Shown: piece after piece, positions 1 through 13,201 of the stretch
How positions within the stretch are numbered: the stretch's first letter is position 1
Layout: each line of letters opens with the position of its first letter
Assembly (NCBI RefSeq): GCF_016432865.1
Contig: NC_067400.1
Location: forward strand, 79,422,001-79,486,000
Length of the DNA stretch: 64,000 nucleotides
Direction of reading: 5' to 3'
Origin: Antechinus flavipes
Lineage: Eukaryota
The notes under the pieces: model-generated
What the model saw: only the letters and a program-made list of their open reading frames with translations
Databases searched by the model: none
What the model was told of the DNA's origin: nothing
Translations under genes and position numbers: made by a program

Positions 1-1859
1 CTGGACATTTTTGTTCTGATCTGTTAGCAAATCTAAACCTCATTATCTTAGTGAAATAATGAGACAAAGGGGTCTATTCTTCTTCAGTGCACTTGCGTAA
101 TTCACATTAATGTTAATGGGAGTTGTGCAGGCATATTAAGGGGAGAAGAGAACCCTAATTAAACAAATAAGCCTTTGGTTGGCACTCTACGTGAGCATTT
201 TTATTGTAATAAGTATGAGAAAATCATCTTGCTGCTTTGGACAACCATAAACACAACTACAGAGTAATCAGGATAACATGGGGGAGGAGGGGAAGATGAT
301 GAACAGCAATCAGATTTTTAAATAATTTGAAAAACAAGCTACCCTTACATTTTCATACCAATTAACTCCATCCATGCCCCAGCCTTTCCATGAACACACA
401 CTCAAAAACAGGTTAGTACTATAAACAAACATTTGCAGACACGTTTGACAGCTGAAAAGAAAATTATTAAAGTCAGACAGCAAAACAAATTCTGCACATT
501 CTGGGCATTTCCAGCTCACATCTCTCCCTCGTGCCTTCTGTGAACATACAATCCACCATAAAATTCTCTTCCAGTTAAGAAATAAATGCCTAACAAATAA
601 TTGTAAGTTTGCTTGATCAGAAATTAACCTATACTTTAACTTTTTAATATATCTTTCCGCATTTATTTCCATCATTTCCTATTGCCTGCTTGATTTAGAT
701 GTATTTCTCTGTTTTTCACATTTTCCCTTTCCCTACCTATAGACATTATGGTGCTAATTTTCCTCACTGATGCTTAACTTTGCAAATCAACACAAGCTAG
801 AATGTATAATACATAAATATATAAATATTATCAGCTATCACACCACTGGGCTTAATGGAAGTCAATATCTGTATATTATACTACCCACTCTGCAATTCCA
901 TTATAGGCCCAACACTACTCATCATAAAAAGTATCATTCTGAATAAAGGCCTATAATAGTAATAATGAAAAAAAGGGTCATTCCTCTTTCCAACTAGAAT
1001 AAAAAATTAAAATCACTGAGGCACTTAGCTTAAAGGAAAATTGGAAAATTAACAAGATGAAGAAACAAAAAATTATGCCTCATATTATAAAAAAGAAACT
1101 AAATGACCTAAGATGGACTATGAAAAGACAAAATTCAGAGCTACCAATGAGGAAAAAAAAAAACCGCAGAAGCTAGGTAAAATTACAAGGCTCTACATTT
1201 TTGCATCCCTTTCAAGCACAAAGAGCCATGGACAACAGTGGATAGGTATAAATGTGATAGCTTTTGACATGCAAATTTATTGGAAGGAAGGGAAGGAGGG
1301 GTCAGGCTCATATATTTCTTGCAAGCTTTATACACAAAGCATAAGGACACTGAGATTCAATATATTTCTGAATCCAGAATGAAGTTGAATTAAGAATTTC
1401 CACACTATAACCACAGCCTAAGTTAGGATTTCATTCCTCATTTGAACCTTCATCTATCAATATGGCTTGTGCTTCACAAAGCAAAGTGTTCCTCACTATA
1501 GTTTGTTGGCCTTTGGCCTTGTGGAACTGGCTATTAAAATTTCATTGGCTCAGCTACATTAGCTGGTTTACCCTTCATACTTATAAAGTTGAAGGGCTAA
1601 CCCAGAAATTTTACAATTACTATCTGGAAAAAGGTAATGATAGGGTATTGCCACATTATATTTATTATGTACCAGACCTGTAACAATCACTAAAGGATCA
1701 TGGATATAGAGGAGAAATGTATGACAGATGTCACAGTCCCTGATAATATTAAACTTTAGTCTCAATCTAAGTTAATTTAAAAATCAATTCAAAAAGTATC
1801 TTTGTGAGAAAGGTATATTATAAAATTACTTCATGACAGTATAGTATTTTATAACTGAT

Positions 1860-2940
1860 ATATAGAAATAATAAATATGAGAATGTATTTTCTATCTTAC
1901 AAGTTTGCTGCTTCAATTAATTTTTTAATTGATTTAAGTACTTATAAAATCATCAGCAAAAGGTGGTGATTTTGTTTTTTCTTTATGAGTACTTCTTTGT
2001 AATTCCTTTTCTTGTCTTGATGCTATATACATTTCTAGTACAAAGTTGAATAGAAATGATGACAATGGACATCCTTGTTTCACTCATAATTTCATTAGAA
2101 AGCATTCTAGTTTACTTTCATTACATATAGATGTAAGTTTTGATTTTAAACATATACTACATATGATTTTAAAGAAAGGTTCATATGTTCCTATGTTTTC
2201 CAGTGTGGTGGTTTTCAAATAGAAATGTTTATTATATTTTGTTAAAAGCTTTTTCTATATTTATAGATAATGGTCATATTACTTATTTTTGTTTTTATGA
2301 ATATGGTTATGTTTATATTTTCTTAACATTAATCCAACTAAATATTTTTGGTATAAATCTAAACTGGTTATAGTGTACATTTTTTGTGATATGATGCTTT
2401 AATCCTTTGCCAATTATTACTGAAAATTTCATTGAATCTAAGTTCCCTAAGGATATTGGTCTATAGTTTTCTTTTTCTGTTTTGACTCTCCCTTGTTGTA
2501 TCAAGATCATATCTGTGTCACAGAAGGGATTTGATACGATCCTTTCTTTTGATATTTTCCCAAATAGTTTATACATTGTTGGAATTAATTGTTTTTTGAA
2601 TGCTTGATACAATTCTTATGTGAATACATCTGATCTTGGAGTATTTTCTTTGGAAGTTCTTTTAGTTTTGTTAAATTTGTTCCTCTGAAATTGGATTGTT
2701 TAAATTTTCTCTTTTAGGTTATGTTAATTTGGATATTTTCTTTTGTTTTTGTAAACATATATTTATTTATTTCACTTAAGTTGTTGCTTTCATATAGTGA
2801 CAATTTTACATAGAGTTGGATAAAATAATTTTTAATAACATCCCTTAATTCTTACTATTTTGTTTTGAATTCTCTTTTTTCATTTTTGATATTGGCATAA
2901 TTTGATTTTTCTCTCTTATTTTTAATCAAATTGGCTTATC
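1860..2940 (-). mobile_element. Old L1 ORF2 linker-RT segment (inverted 5' part of a twin-primed L1)
   Basis: ORF 2313-2612 resembles the L1 RT start (YQAFKKQLIPTMYKLF...KTEKENYRPISL). GCPLS and FADD remnants lie at about 1945-2075. Confidence 0.9.
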
Positions 2941-4340
2941 AGCATTTTATATACTATAAAATCCACCAGGAAGAGATCAATTCCATTTATCTACAAAGTA
3001 AATAAAATACTAGAGTCTACCTTGTAAGATACACACAAGAACAATATAAAAACAAGTATAAACTACTAAAGGATTACTTTATAGAACTAGAAAAAATAAT
3101 AATGAAATTCAAATGGAGACAAAAAGGTCAAGTATCTCAAAGGAAATAAAGAAAAGAAGTGGGAATAAAGGGGCCTAACAGTGACTGATTTTCAATTATA
3201 CCACAAAGCAGTAATTCTCAAAACAATTTGGTATTGCTTAAAGAATAGAGAGATGGATCAGCACAACAGATTAGCTACATAAGATATTGAAACAAATATA
3301 TCTAGTACTCCCTAGTATTTGATAAATACAAAGAGCCCATCTACTGGGATAAGAACTCCCCAGATGACAAAAACTGTTTGGGAAATTGGACAGCAGTATG
3401 GAATAAATTAGATTTAGAGGAACATCTCACATATTATATAAAGATAAGCTCCAAATGGATATCTGACCTAGCCATAAAAGGTCACATCATAAACAAATTA
3501 GAGAACCATGGAAATAAATTACCTAGTAGATCTATGGATAGGAGAAAAATTCATGACCAAACAAAGGATAAAGAGGATAATAGAAGATAAGATGCATAAT
3601 TTTGATCACATAAAATTTAAAAAGTTTTCCAAAAGCAAATGTAATAAAGATTAAGATTAAAAAGAAAAATTATTAATTGGGGGGAAACACTTGCAGAAGG
3701 TTTATCTTATAAAGGTCTCATTTTGAGGACCACAAGGAACTAATTCAAACTTATAAGAATAAGGGCCATTTCTCAATTAATAAAAGGTGTAAGACTATGA
3801 ACAGGTCGTTCTTAGGGGAAGCAATTCAGCAATATAAAAAACAAATCTACAAATCACTATGAATTAGAGAAATGAAAATAAAAAGCATCTATGAGATTTT
3901 ACCTCATACCAATCAGATTAGAAAACATGACGAAACATGAAAATAAATTTTAGAGGGGCTATAAGAAAACAAGGATATTTATGAATTTTTGTTGAACCTG
4001 TGAATAGCTTAAACCATTCTAAAAAGTAATTTGAAATTTTACAAAAATTTTGCCCTTTGATTCAACTATAACACTGGTAGGCCTATATCTATCCCAAGGA
4101 GGTCAAAGAAAGAGACAAATGGTCTTACTGTACAAAAATATTTACAACAGCTCTTTTTGTGGCAGCAAGAAACCATAAACAAAACAAAAAATTGGAAGCT
4201 AAAATCCTAAAATCCATCAATTGGGGAATGGCTGAACAAACATTGGTAATAAATGTGATGGAATACAGTTGTGCTATAATCATAGAGGAAGTAGATAATT
4301 TCAAAGAGATATAAGAAGAGTTGTGTGAACTAATACAGTA
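2939..4340 (+). mobile_element. Old L1 ORF2 thumb to C-terminal segment
   Basis: Decayed SAFLYI..QEEI..IPF, ELEKII.KF.W and KISSKWISDLAIKGHIINKLE (ORF 3378-3590), with many stops and frameshifts. Confidence 0.9.
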
Positions 4341-4559
4341 CAATTGTTTTTTTTTTTTTTTTTTAAAGGCAATGCAACTGAACTGAATACTACCCATATA
4401 AAGTCCAAGGACCTGAAGGTTGAAAATATTTTCTCCAAGTAAAACTTTCATTGTCACTACAGTAAAGATCATTCTATCATTGAGTTCAACATTAGGAAGT
4501 TTGAACTATTACCATCAAGTATTTAAATACATTTTGAAAATTACAAACTACTTTTTTCT

Positions 4560-4865
4560 TATCGTAAATTAGATGACTTGTAATCATTTTAAATTCAATG
4601 TGCCCAAAAGATAATTCACGATCTTCCTCTCCAAACTTCCCCCATTTTCCCATGTTTTCTTACTGTTGAGGGTAACATTATTCTTCTATGCATGATCTAG
4701 GCTCACAACTTTGGTTGACTTTCCACTCTTACTCATCCCACATGTCCATTCTCTTATTAATCCTATGCTCTTTTCTTTTGCAACATCAATACATGTCTAT
4801 CAATACATCCCCTCTTACTCATATAGCCAGTATTCTTTTAGCTCATCATTTCTCACCTGACTGAA
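4560..4865 (+). mobile_element. L2 LINE fragment
   Basis: Resembles the L2 ORF 3' region (aaattcaatgtgcccaaa...ctaggctcacaac). Confidence 0.65.
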
Positions 4866-5119
4866 CTTCTGGATTTCATCATGATCTCCAGAAACTCATC
4901 TTCCTGGATGATCACATCAATTATGAAGTTTATACCTTCTTAATATCCTTTACTCTGGAGCCTTTTCTTCATTCAGATTAGAGGGAATGCAGGGTAGAAA
5001 TCTGAAGTTCCTCCCACATTCTCTATTTAAATAGAGCACCTGGGGCAGGCATCTCATTATTTCTTATCAGGTTCCACTCTTGTGGACTTAATCGTGTTCC
5101 TGTACTAAGTAATTCTCTT

Positions 5120-5300
5120 CTCCCCACTCCCCAACACATTTCACCTTCTTTTTATGTGTTGTCTTCCCCCATTAGTTCATGAGCTCCTTGAAGGCAAGAA
5201 CTGGTTTTTTTTTTTTTTTTTTAATGCCTTCTTAGTAGCTCCATAATTTAGCACAATATCTGGAATATGATAGGTGCTTAATAAATGTTTATTGACTGAA
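5120..5300 (+). mobile_element. L2/MIR3-type 3' tail
   Basis: gagctccttgaaggcaagaac...gtgcttaataaatgtttattgactgaa terminal motif. Confidence 0.8.
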
Positions 5301-5371
5301 CAAGCTATTACTTTACCACTGCCTTACTACAATATATTGCCTTCTATTAGTCTCTTTGTTGGTGCTTTTCA

Positions 5372-5520
5372 ATTAGGAAATGGTTGAAGAATGTAGGTTA
5401 AATCAATATAATAAAATGCTATTATGTTGTAAGAAATGAAAAATTTCAGAAAAAATCTGGGGACAAGTATGTGAACTATTAGAAAGTTATGTGAGCAGAA
5501 CCAGGAGAACAATTTATAAA
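5372..5520 (+). mobile_element. Short L1 ORF2-end fragment
   Basis: Resembles the GEWLNKLW...ELMQSEVSRTRRTIY region (gtgagcagaaccaggagaacaatttata). Confidence 0.6.
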
Positions 5521-5529
5521 ATCTTCTAT

Positions 5530-5895
5530 TTGGCAATTAGATCTCTTCATGTAAGGCCCCTTTCTATATTTCTAGTCTTCTTATACTTTATTCTCTTTCA
5601 TTCATTCTAGCATCTTGTTATACTGGCTTACTTATACTGGCTGTATCCCATACCCGGAAAGTGCCATTCTTACCTCTTCTTCCTAGGTTCTCTCTCTAGC
5701 TTCTTTTAAGGCTCAGATCAAATCTCATCTTTTGTAGAAGGCCTTCTAGAATTTCAATTTCCATCTTATTTAAAGTCTCTTCCCTCTGTGACATGTCACA
5801 TATACATATACCAACGTATGTAAAGATACACATACACAAATATGTGCATATACATAATTATATTTTGTCTTCTCTAATAAAATACAAGTACCTTG
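5530..5895 (+). mobile_element. L2 3' fragment
   Basis: Pyrimidine-rich L2 3' region ending aatacaagtaccttgagagc. Confidence 0.55.
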
Positions 5896-6329
5896 AGAGC
5901 ACATAGGTGATGCAATGGGATTGAGTGCAGGGCCTATAGTGAAAAAGATTATTCAATTTTAAAATATAAAAAAAGAAAAGAAAAGAATGTATTATTTTGT
6001 TTTAAGAAAACTCAATATATGAAAATCAAGATTTACACAAAAATTAATCCAGGACTTGGCTCTTCTTTTTATAAAAAGTTTCAAAATAGAATTCCTTTAA
6101 AAAGAAGGTTGATCTAGTCTAAGAAAAAATACTTTCTCATGGAAAAATCGGATCAGAATCATTCTTTTTGTAGTATCAATGAAGTATGATTATACATGCA
6201 ATAAGGATTAAAATAACACCAAAACAAACTGAAATTTCAAACAAGACCTGTGCTTTAGAAAACAGAATTTAGCCCTTGCTGATATAGTATTACAGAAAAC
6301 TCTAAAAACAAGGTACAACTATATTATAT

Positions 6330-6570
6330 GTCATTCTTTTCTAGGCTGTCCTCCTAATTGTCCTCATGAACTTTCTCTATAATGTCTACATGTCAAGTAC
6401 TTTTATTTCCCTCCCACCCCCTCACTCCCTTTCCAGCTTCCTTATATGTATTATCTTCTCCTATTGGAATGTAAACTCCTTAAGAGCTGAGACTATTTTT
6501 CCTTCTACTTGCATTTGCATTGTATGATATTTCATAAACACTTAATATAAGCTTCCTGACTTATCTTGAA
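6330..6570 (+). mobile_element. L2/MIR3-type 3' tail
   Basis: tgtattatcttctcctattggaatgtaaactccttaagagc...cacttaatataagct. Confidence 0.6.
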
Positions 6571-7160
6571 AAGAATGAAAGTAATCCCACCACCATACTT
6601 GTATAAGTGGAAGGAAGATACAATGAATGACCCATGTGGTTGTCAACCAAGCTCACCATCTGCATTGCCAACAATGCCCATTATATACTAGCTTTAGCGT
6701 TTTCAATGTGAGTTGATATCGTTTGTTCTAAAGTGGACATAATCAAGATTATCTTTTATTTATTTCTTTGAGCAGTAGTGACAGGAAGTATCTAGATGCA
6801 GAAAGGGAAGCCTTTTATGGATCTTCAAATATGCTAAGCACTAAAGATGCACCTGGTAAAAAATATGCAGTTGAATTGCCTCCCCAAAACAGCTTGGGGA
6901 AATCACACCGGTAACCCTTAGGCAGGGTTTCTTCCCATGAGAGGAAAGGCCACCATTCTTTTTGCCCAGTCCACAAAAACATTAAGTATAAGTAACCTCA
7001 GAGGTCACCCAGCAAATGTCTAACTGTCCCCTGGAGTCATACAGCTCTGAACTAACTTCCTAAGTATTTTTGCATATTTCCATCAGCATTTTACATGCAT
7101 CAACAGATGGTCAAAAGTTTGATTTTCACTTCCCTCATTAAGTTAGATGAATAATTTTAG

Positions 7161-7215
7161 TATATATATATATATATATGTATTATGTGTGTATATCTCT
7201 CTCACATATACATAC
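7161..7215. repeat. (TA)n / mixed dinucleotide microsatellite
   Basis: Pure (TA) run at 7161-7179, then TG/CT/CA. Confidence 0.9.
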
Positions 7216-7532
7216 ACAATTAAGGCCAAAAGAAATGCCTGCTCCAACAGTCATATTTAAAATTATTCTTCTTCACATACTCTAAATTCTAGATAAATTA
7301 TACTATTTGCTGTCCCCCACACTCACTGCTTTCTCTGAATCTGTGTCTGCTCATGCTGTTCCCTGTGGCTGGAACAACCTCCTCGCTTCTTGCCTATTCC
7401 TGCTGAATTCCTATCTATTTCTGGAATTCCACAGGTGGAAATGAATTCATAGCTTATTTGTACCTGAGCAAAATTTCCCTGACATCCTTGACAAGGCTGG
7501 CCATCCAGCTTCCTCTTAAAGATCTTCAGTAT

Positions 7533-7701
7533 GGGGCAACTAGATGGTGTAGTGGATAAAGCACCAGCCCTGAAGTCAGGAGGACCTGCGTTCAAATTTG
7601 GCCTCAGACACTTAATACTTCCTAGCTCTGTGACCCTGGGCAAGTCACTTAACCCCAATCATCTCAGCAAAAAACCAAACCAAACCAAACAAACAATAAA
7701 A
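7533..7701 (+). mobile_element. WSINE1-type CORE-SINE, full length
   Basis: ggggcaactagatggtgtagtggataaagcacc tRNA-like head (A box), gttcaaat B box, CORE and (CAAAC)n/A tail. TSD aaagatcttcagt (7518-7530) / aaaggtcttcagt (7702-7714). Confidence 0.9.
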
Positions 7702-7769
7702 AAAGGTCTTCAGTGATGGGGATCTCCTGCAGAAATCTGCCTTTTTGAACTTTAGGGAAGATTAGATTT

Positions 7770-7920
7770 ATGACTTTAAGACCCTAAATGGTTATCTAAT
7801 TCAATTCTCTCATTTCATTGAAGAGGTTGCAGAAAGGAAGGTAACTTCTTCAAATTTGTTCAGTTAGTCACAGAGACAGAATTCAAACACAATGCTTCTA
7901 ATTTCAATTCTGGTGCTTTT
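7770..7920 (-). mobile_element. MIR SINE fragment
   Basis: Reverse-strand MIR core remnants (gaattcaaacac...tctggtgcttttt). Confidence 0.5.
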
Positions 7921-8108
7921 TTCTTTACAAATGCAAATTTTTGACTCATATTGACTGACTAGAATTTTCATCTTATTTTTCACATGCACTGCTGTCTATG
8001 TCTCCCCTTTAGATGTTTGTATAATCGATTGTTTTTTAATCTGTGGTGGGACTTCACATATATTCATATTCTATTCTATCAGGTCTGATTTAGCTCATTA
8101 TCTTAACT

Positions 8109-8342
8109 CAGAAGTTCCAAAAGTCCTCTCTTAAGTCCCTTCTAGAAAACTGGTAAAACCTATGGGTCCCTTCTCAGAAGAATATTTTTAAATGCATACA
8201 ACAAAAGACATAGGGTTCCAAAGAAAATCAAAGATTACTGAAAATGAAGATGTCAATTTTTTTTTGATTCAAGGTCATGGATTCCCAGAAATCTATCCAA
8301 AGCCTCTTTGGGGTTCAAACACTTCTAGATTAAAAATCTTTG
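8109..8342. mobile_element. hAT-Charlie non-autonomous element (Charlie4-like)
   Basis: ctggtaaaacctatgggtcccttctcagaagaatatttttaaatgcat and gaaatctatcc motifs typical of Charlie4a/z. Decayed terminal ttaaaaatctttg. Confidence 0.65.
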
Positions 8343-8624
8343 TCCTAGTCAACTGATGTATTTTGATCTGGATTCTGTTATTTAATGTGTTAACTATTCT
8401 TTTCATCTTTGTGTGATATATAAATCTATTAAGCATGTTATTTATGCCTTCATCCAAGAAAATGGCAAATTCTACTTTAGGAGTTAAACTCCTTTGGACA
8501 ATGGGTTATCCTTGAACAAAAATAAAATGTCTTCCTTGATCTTCAAATAATCTTTGCCATAAAACATTTTGTTCCATGAACATAGAATTATCTTAAAGAT
8601 TTTCTTTTATGGAAATTTGTGTTT

Positions 8625-9430
8625 CAGTCAGTCAGTCCATAAGCATTTATTAAGCAATATGCCAGGCAATATGCTTAAGTGCTGAGGATACAAATAAAGG
8701 TAAAAGATTTTTCAAAAAGCCCACAATTCAATGGGAGAGACAATATGCAAATGACTGTTCAAATATGTTATATACAGGATAAGTATATATAGAGAAGGCA
8801 CTAGAATTACAGAGGATTTAGAAAAATTTCCTATATCAGGAGGGATTTTAGCTGGAACTTGAAAGAAGCTAGTAGGAAAAGAAGAGTAAAGAAAGAATTC
8901 TGGGCAAAGGAACAGTGATTGAAAATGTCTAGAGTCTTGAGAGCGAGTGTGTTGTATAAGAAGCAGTAAGGAAGGCCATGTCACTGGATTGCAGAGCATG
9001 TATGGGGTAGGGTGGGGAGCTATAAGGTGTAAGTAGATTAGAAATGTAAGAGAATATGTTATGAAAGGCTTTGAATTCTAGAGAACTCAGGAGATTCATT
9101 GGATGAGGAGGAGTGGATGACATGGTTAGACTTGCAATTTAGAAAGATTATTTTGATACTTGGGTGGAAAAGGGAAGTGGAGTGCAGTGGGGAGAAACTT
9201 GCGGCAGAGAGACTAAATAGTGAGCTTTTGTAATAGTCCAGGTATGAAGTGATAAGCCTGCATTATGATGGTAGCAGTGAAACAGGAAAAAAGAGGGTCC
9301 ATGTGAGAGGTATTATGAAGATAAAACAGACAGACCTTGGTAATAGATTGGAGAAAGAATGAGATTTTAAGAATATCTAAACTGCCAATATGAGTGTGGA
9401 AGGATGGTGGAACCTTCAACAACAATAGGG
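8625..9430 (-). mobile_element. L2 LINE 3' portion
   Basis: Starts with the reverse of the L2 tail (tcagtcagtcagtccataagcatttattaagc), followed by purine-rich reverse L2 body. Confidence 0.85.
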
Positions 9431-10749
9431 AGACTATAAACTCTATGAGAACAAAGGATTGTTTGGGAACATTATATCTTCCCAGACCCTGAGGCCATCA
9501 CGTCTACCATAGGTGATTAATAAATGTCTTCTGAATGATAAATGTCAGTCTACCTGTGTCTCAATTACATTTATAGTGCAAATGTTTTTGAGGTAAATGA
9601 CCTATACTGGTAACAGTACAAGACAAGAGTAGCCCTTATATAATCAGGTATAAATCAGCACTAGAATTAAGGTCAAAGGTACCAGTAATTTGCAAACCAA
9701 AGACGCTATGCTCGGATATCAGTTCCAGTCAGCTAATAATAACTTTAGCTAAAGGAAATTCCCATTCAGTGGTAGTTGAAATTTAGCTTGTCTTATTCAC
9801 ATATGTATGTTCACACATCATGATCACATGGCTTATCTTTCCTGGCAACATCCCAAGACAAGTTATCAAATGAATGGACAAGAAGAACCTCACCCTTTAA
9901 GAAAAGTGACCAGGGCTAGAAATCCAGCCCTAGAAAGGGACTTTTAACTCAGTTTTTGTTGGTACTACTGCCAATTCGAGAAACTCATTCCTAAAGATTG
10001 TAGATCTAGTATTTCCCTTTACTGAATTCAGTTTTAAAGGTAAATATAGAATGTTAGGCTCTGAGCAGTTTGGGTGTTAATCACTTAATGTAACAACTGA
10101 CAGAGCCAACTCAATCATCTTTAGGAAAATAATACACAGTAAGGGAAAAAAAATTCAAGCTATATATTGAATAAATAAAATTGAAACTCTCTATCTTAGT
10201 ACAGCAATTTCATTTTCAAAGTGCTTCACCAGCATTAATAAATTAATTTTCCCAATACTCTTAGGTTAAAAAGAATGTGCTTTTTAAGTCATAATTTGTG
10301 GAGGCCATAAGTGATTTGACAATTACTTGAATCTCAGAAGCAGCAGGTACACAGCTGCTAAATGGACCCATCTTATGGGTATTTTCATGTACATAAGTCA
10401 CAACAAGAGACCTTTTAGAAATAGGAGATTTTATATTGATAAAATTTTGCTGGTAGCATTTCCAGTTAAGCTGTGGTCAGCTCATGGAACAAGAGTCATT
10501 TGAGTCAATTCCAATGGTCAATTCTGACAGAAAAGTTGATTTTATCTTCTAAAGTTCATGTCTCATTAGGAAGGAGCCCACTGAACCCCTATCCACAATC
10601 AGTCTGCTTTTTGTCCTGCCTATTTTATCTTCACTGGTAGAATTTTGTGAGACCTTCCAAAGGACTACATATGAGCTGTTTAAAGGGATTCATATGGAAA
10701 GCAGAAAAGAATACATATACTGGATCATTAGATTTTTGGTACATATGGA

Positions 10750-10935
10750 ATTATAGATTTAAAGACAGCAGGATTCTCAGAGACTAGTACAACTTTCTTA
10801 TGAGTTAAAAACCATCTCATGAGAAATTGAGATCAGGAGAAGATAAGTGATTTGTTCAATATCATACAGGCAGTAAATATCAGAGTTGGGATTTGAACTC
10901 AGGTTGCCTGACTCCAAAACTCACTCTCCTTCTGT
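10750..10935 (-). mobile_element. MIR SINE
   Basis: gggatttgaactcaggttgcctgactccaaa reverse B-box/core. Confidence 0.7.
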
Positions 10936-11224
10936 TGTACCAACTGTGTTATTCTTATAACTATAAGAATTATTTGTTTTGTGACTGCAAAAGATATAAA
11001 TTAAGAAGATACCCTTAGTTTTCCAATTATGTTTAAAATGAGTTAATTTTTTTTTTAAACTCCAAAGAAGGCCAGATTCTAAAGCAAAGTCTCTCCTTAA
11101 AAAAAGGAGAGGACAATTAGTCTTTAATGGGTTATGCAAAAGTAGTAGGTGCTATATAAGTGCCTTTTCCTTTCCCTCCTCTAGAGTCTTATCTGATTTA
11201 TGACAGCTACAATGGATAGAATTT

Positions 11225-11475
11225 GTGGCAGTACAATGGATAGAATCAGCCAGTGGCCTGGAGTTAGAAGGACCTGAATTCAAATCCAGCTTCAGACACT
11301 TGCATGTATATTGTATGACTTTGGATAAGATACTTAACCTCTGACTGTTTCAGTTTCTTCCATTGTAAAATGAGGATTAATAATAGCACCTGTCTCTCAG
11401 GATTGTTGGGAAGATCAAATAGGATAACATTAGTTCAGTATCTGGCATCAATGCTGAATAAAAGTTTGATTCATT
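11225..11475 (+). mobile_element. MIR SINE, near full length
   Basis: ggacctgaattcaaatccagcttcagacact...cagtttcttccattgtaaaatgaggattaataatagcacct. Confidence 0.85.
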
Positions 11476-11554
11476 CGTTTATTCCTTTGTTTCTTTTTAT
11501 CTTCCTTCCTTCCTACTTTTCACTCTCATAATAAAAAAAAAATAAACTCCTCTG

Positions 11555-11975
11555 TTTTCCTTTAAAGCCTTTCATAATCTGGGAAAGAGTCCCTTCATGC
11601 CTCCCCAGTCTTATTTATATTATTTCCCTTCTTCATATTTTCTATATGATAGCCAATCTGACTTCCATGCTGTTCTCTATCTATGACACTTTATCTCACA
11701 TATTCATGTTTTTGACCAAACTGTCCCCTACTTTTAGAATGCACTTCTTCCTTCTGCCTCTTAGAATTTTTAGTTCCCATCAGAATTAAGTTCAAATAAC
11801 ATCTCTATAATGAGATTTTTCCTCATCTTCAATTGGCACTAGCATTGCATCTTAATATATGTTTATATTTTTTTATGTATGTGTTCCTTCCTCCTAATAG
11901 ACAATAAGCTCTTTGAGGGCATTCTGAGTATTCCCAGAATCTAGCATAGTGTTTAATAAATGATTGTTTGATTGA
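11555..11975 (+). mobile_element. L2 3' end
   Basis: aaagcctttcataatctgg...ataagctctttgagggca...ttaataaatgattgtttgattga. Confidence 0.75.
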
Positions 11976-12579
11976 GTTTTTGTAACCCCAAGGGTCTAGC
12001 TGTATGAATGGTTCAATGCCCTAAGTATACTGAATTTGAAAATAAGAAAATAAAAAAATTCTGTTGGGAAATGTAAACTTTGGAATCATGTGCCTAAGTT
12101 CAAGAGAAGTTACTTAAAAAAAATATCAATCTTTAAAAACAAAACAAAATACAGGAAAATAAGTAAATATCTGAACAACAGATGAGGAAGGAAGCAAAAT
12201 CTGTTGGCTAATGGTTACAGCTTTGGTGTCCTTTGTTGTTGAAAATGTGCCTGTAGCAGTAACTTCAATATGCTCAAAAAGATTCAGATGAAAAAGGCTA
12301 TGCAAAACAAGTTGCTATTTTGCATTGTAGAGAAAATAAAATAACTCCTTGGAAATGTAAAGTTAAATAAAATTGTAGAAAAAAGACTAACCTGGAGTTA
12401 GGGATACTTTGAACGAAATGGTTCAGAGAAGCCTGCACTTAGAGGTATGTAGAGGAGCAAGACAGCCAAAAAAGGGAAGACATTACTGTCCCTCCCCCAA
12501 CTCCTCCAACTGGTTAACTTGGTTGGTCCAACATCAGCTTATACATCGATCTAGTTTCATGTGTATTTTAACATGGCTT

Positions 12580-12900
12580 ATACTCAACAAACATTTAATA
12601 ACTGTCTAGTTTGGATAAGGCTCTGGAAATACCAAGTCAAAAAATGGTAAAGTGCTCATCCCTAAGGATTTTGTAATTCACTTAGAAAAGAAAAGCATAA
12701 TATAAATAAATAGAATTGAGGGTAGAGTATGGGCATTGAGAAGGCAGAGTCTAGTGTCAGTATAGAGACAAAGTGAGATATGGACAAAGTAGTCTTGGAA
12801 AATATGAGATGTGAGGGGAAAAAATTCATTTTGGTGAAAGCTTCTTAGAGGAGGTGGCTCCCCAAGATGAATCTGAGAGGACAAAAAATTGGGATTCAAG
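12580..12900 (-). mobile_element. L2 3' end
   Basis: tcaacaaacatttaataactg reverse tail followed by L2-like purine-rich body. Confidence 0.6.
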
Positions 12901-13054
12901 CTCCTTCGGGGCAGGGGCTCTTTATTTTTATTTTTTTAGGCACTAAAAGTATTTACATAAAGTTCCAGATCCTCTATTGAAGCTGACACTAAAGGCTCTA
13001 GTACTCATTCAGGTCTTATGAAATGATGTCTAGCCATGTTTCCTTACAGAATGA

Positions 13055-13201
13055 TTTTTTTCCCCCTGAGGCAATTGGGGTTAAGTGGCTTGCTCAGGCT
13101 CCACAGCTAGGGTTAGTGTTAAGTGTCTGAGGGCAGATTTGAATTCAGGTTCTCCTGACTTAAGAGCTGGTGCTCTATCCACTACACCACCTAACTGCCC
13201 C
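13055..13201 (-). mobile_element. WSINE1-type CORE-SINE
   Basis: ctgaggcaattggggttaagtggcttgc...ctctatccactacaccacctaactgcccc. TSD cagaatgattttt / cagaactgattttt (1-nt indel). Confidence 0.9.

Noticed and set aside
7533-7620. tRNA-like A/B boxes
   Set aside because: They belong to SINE heads; there is no cloverleaf or tRNA gene.
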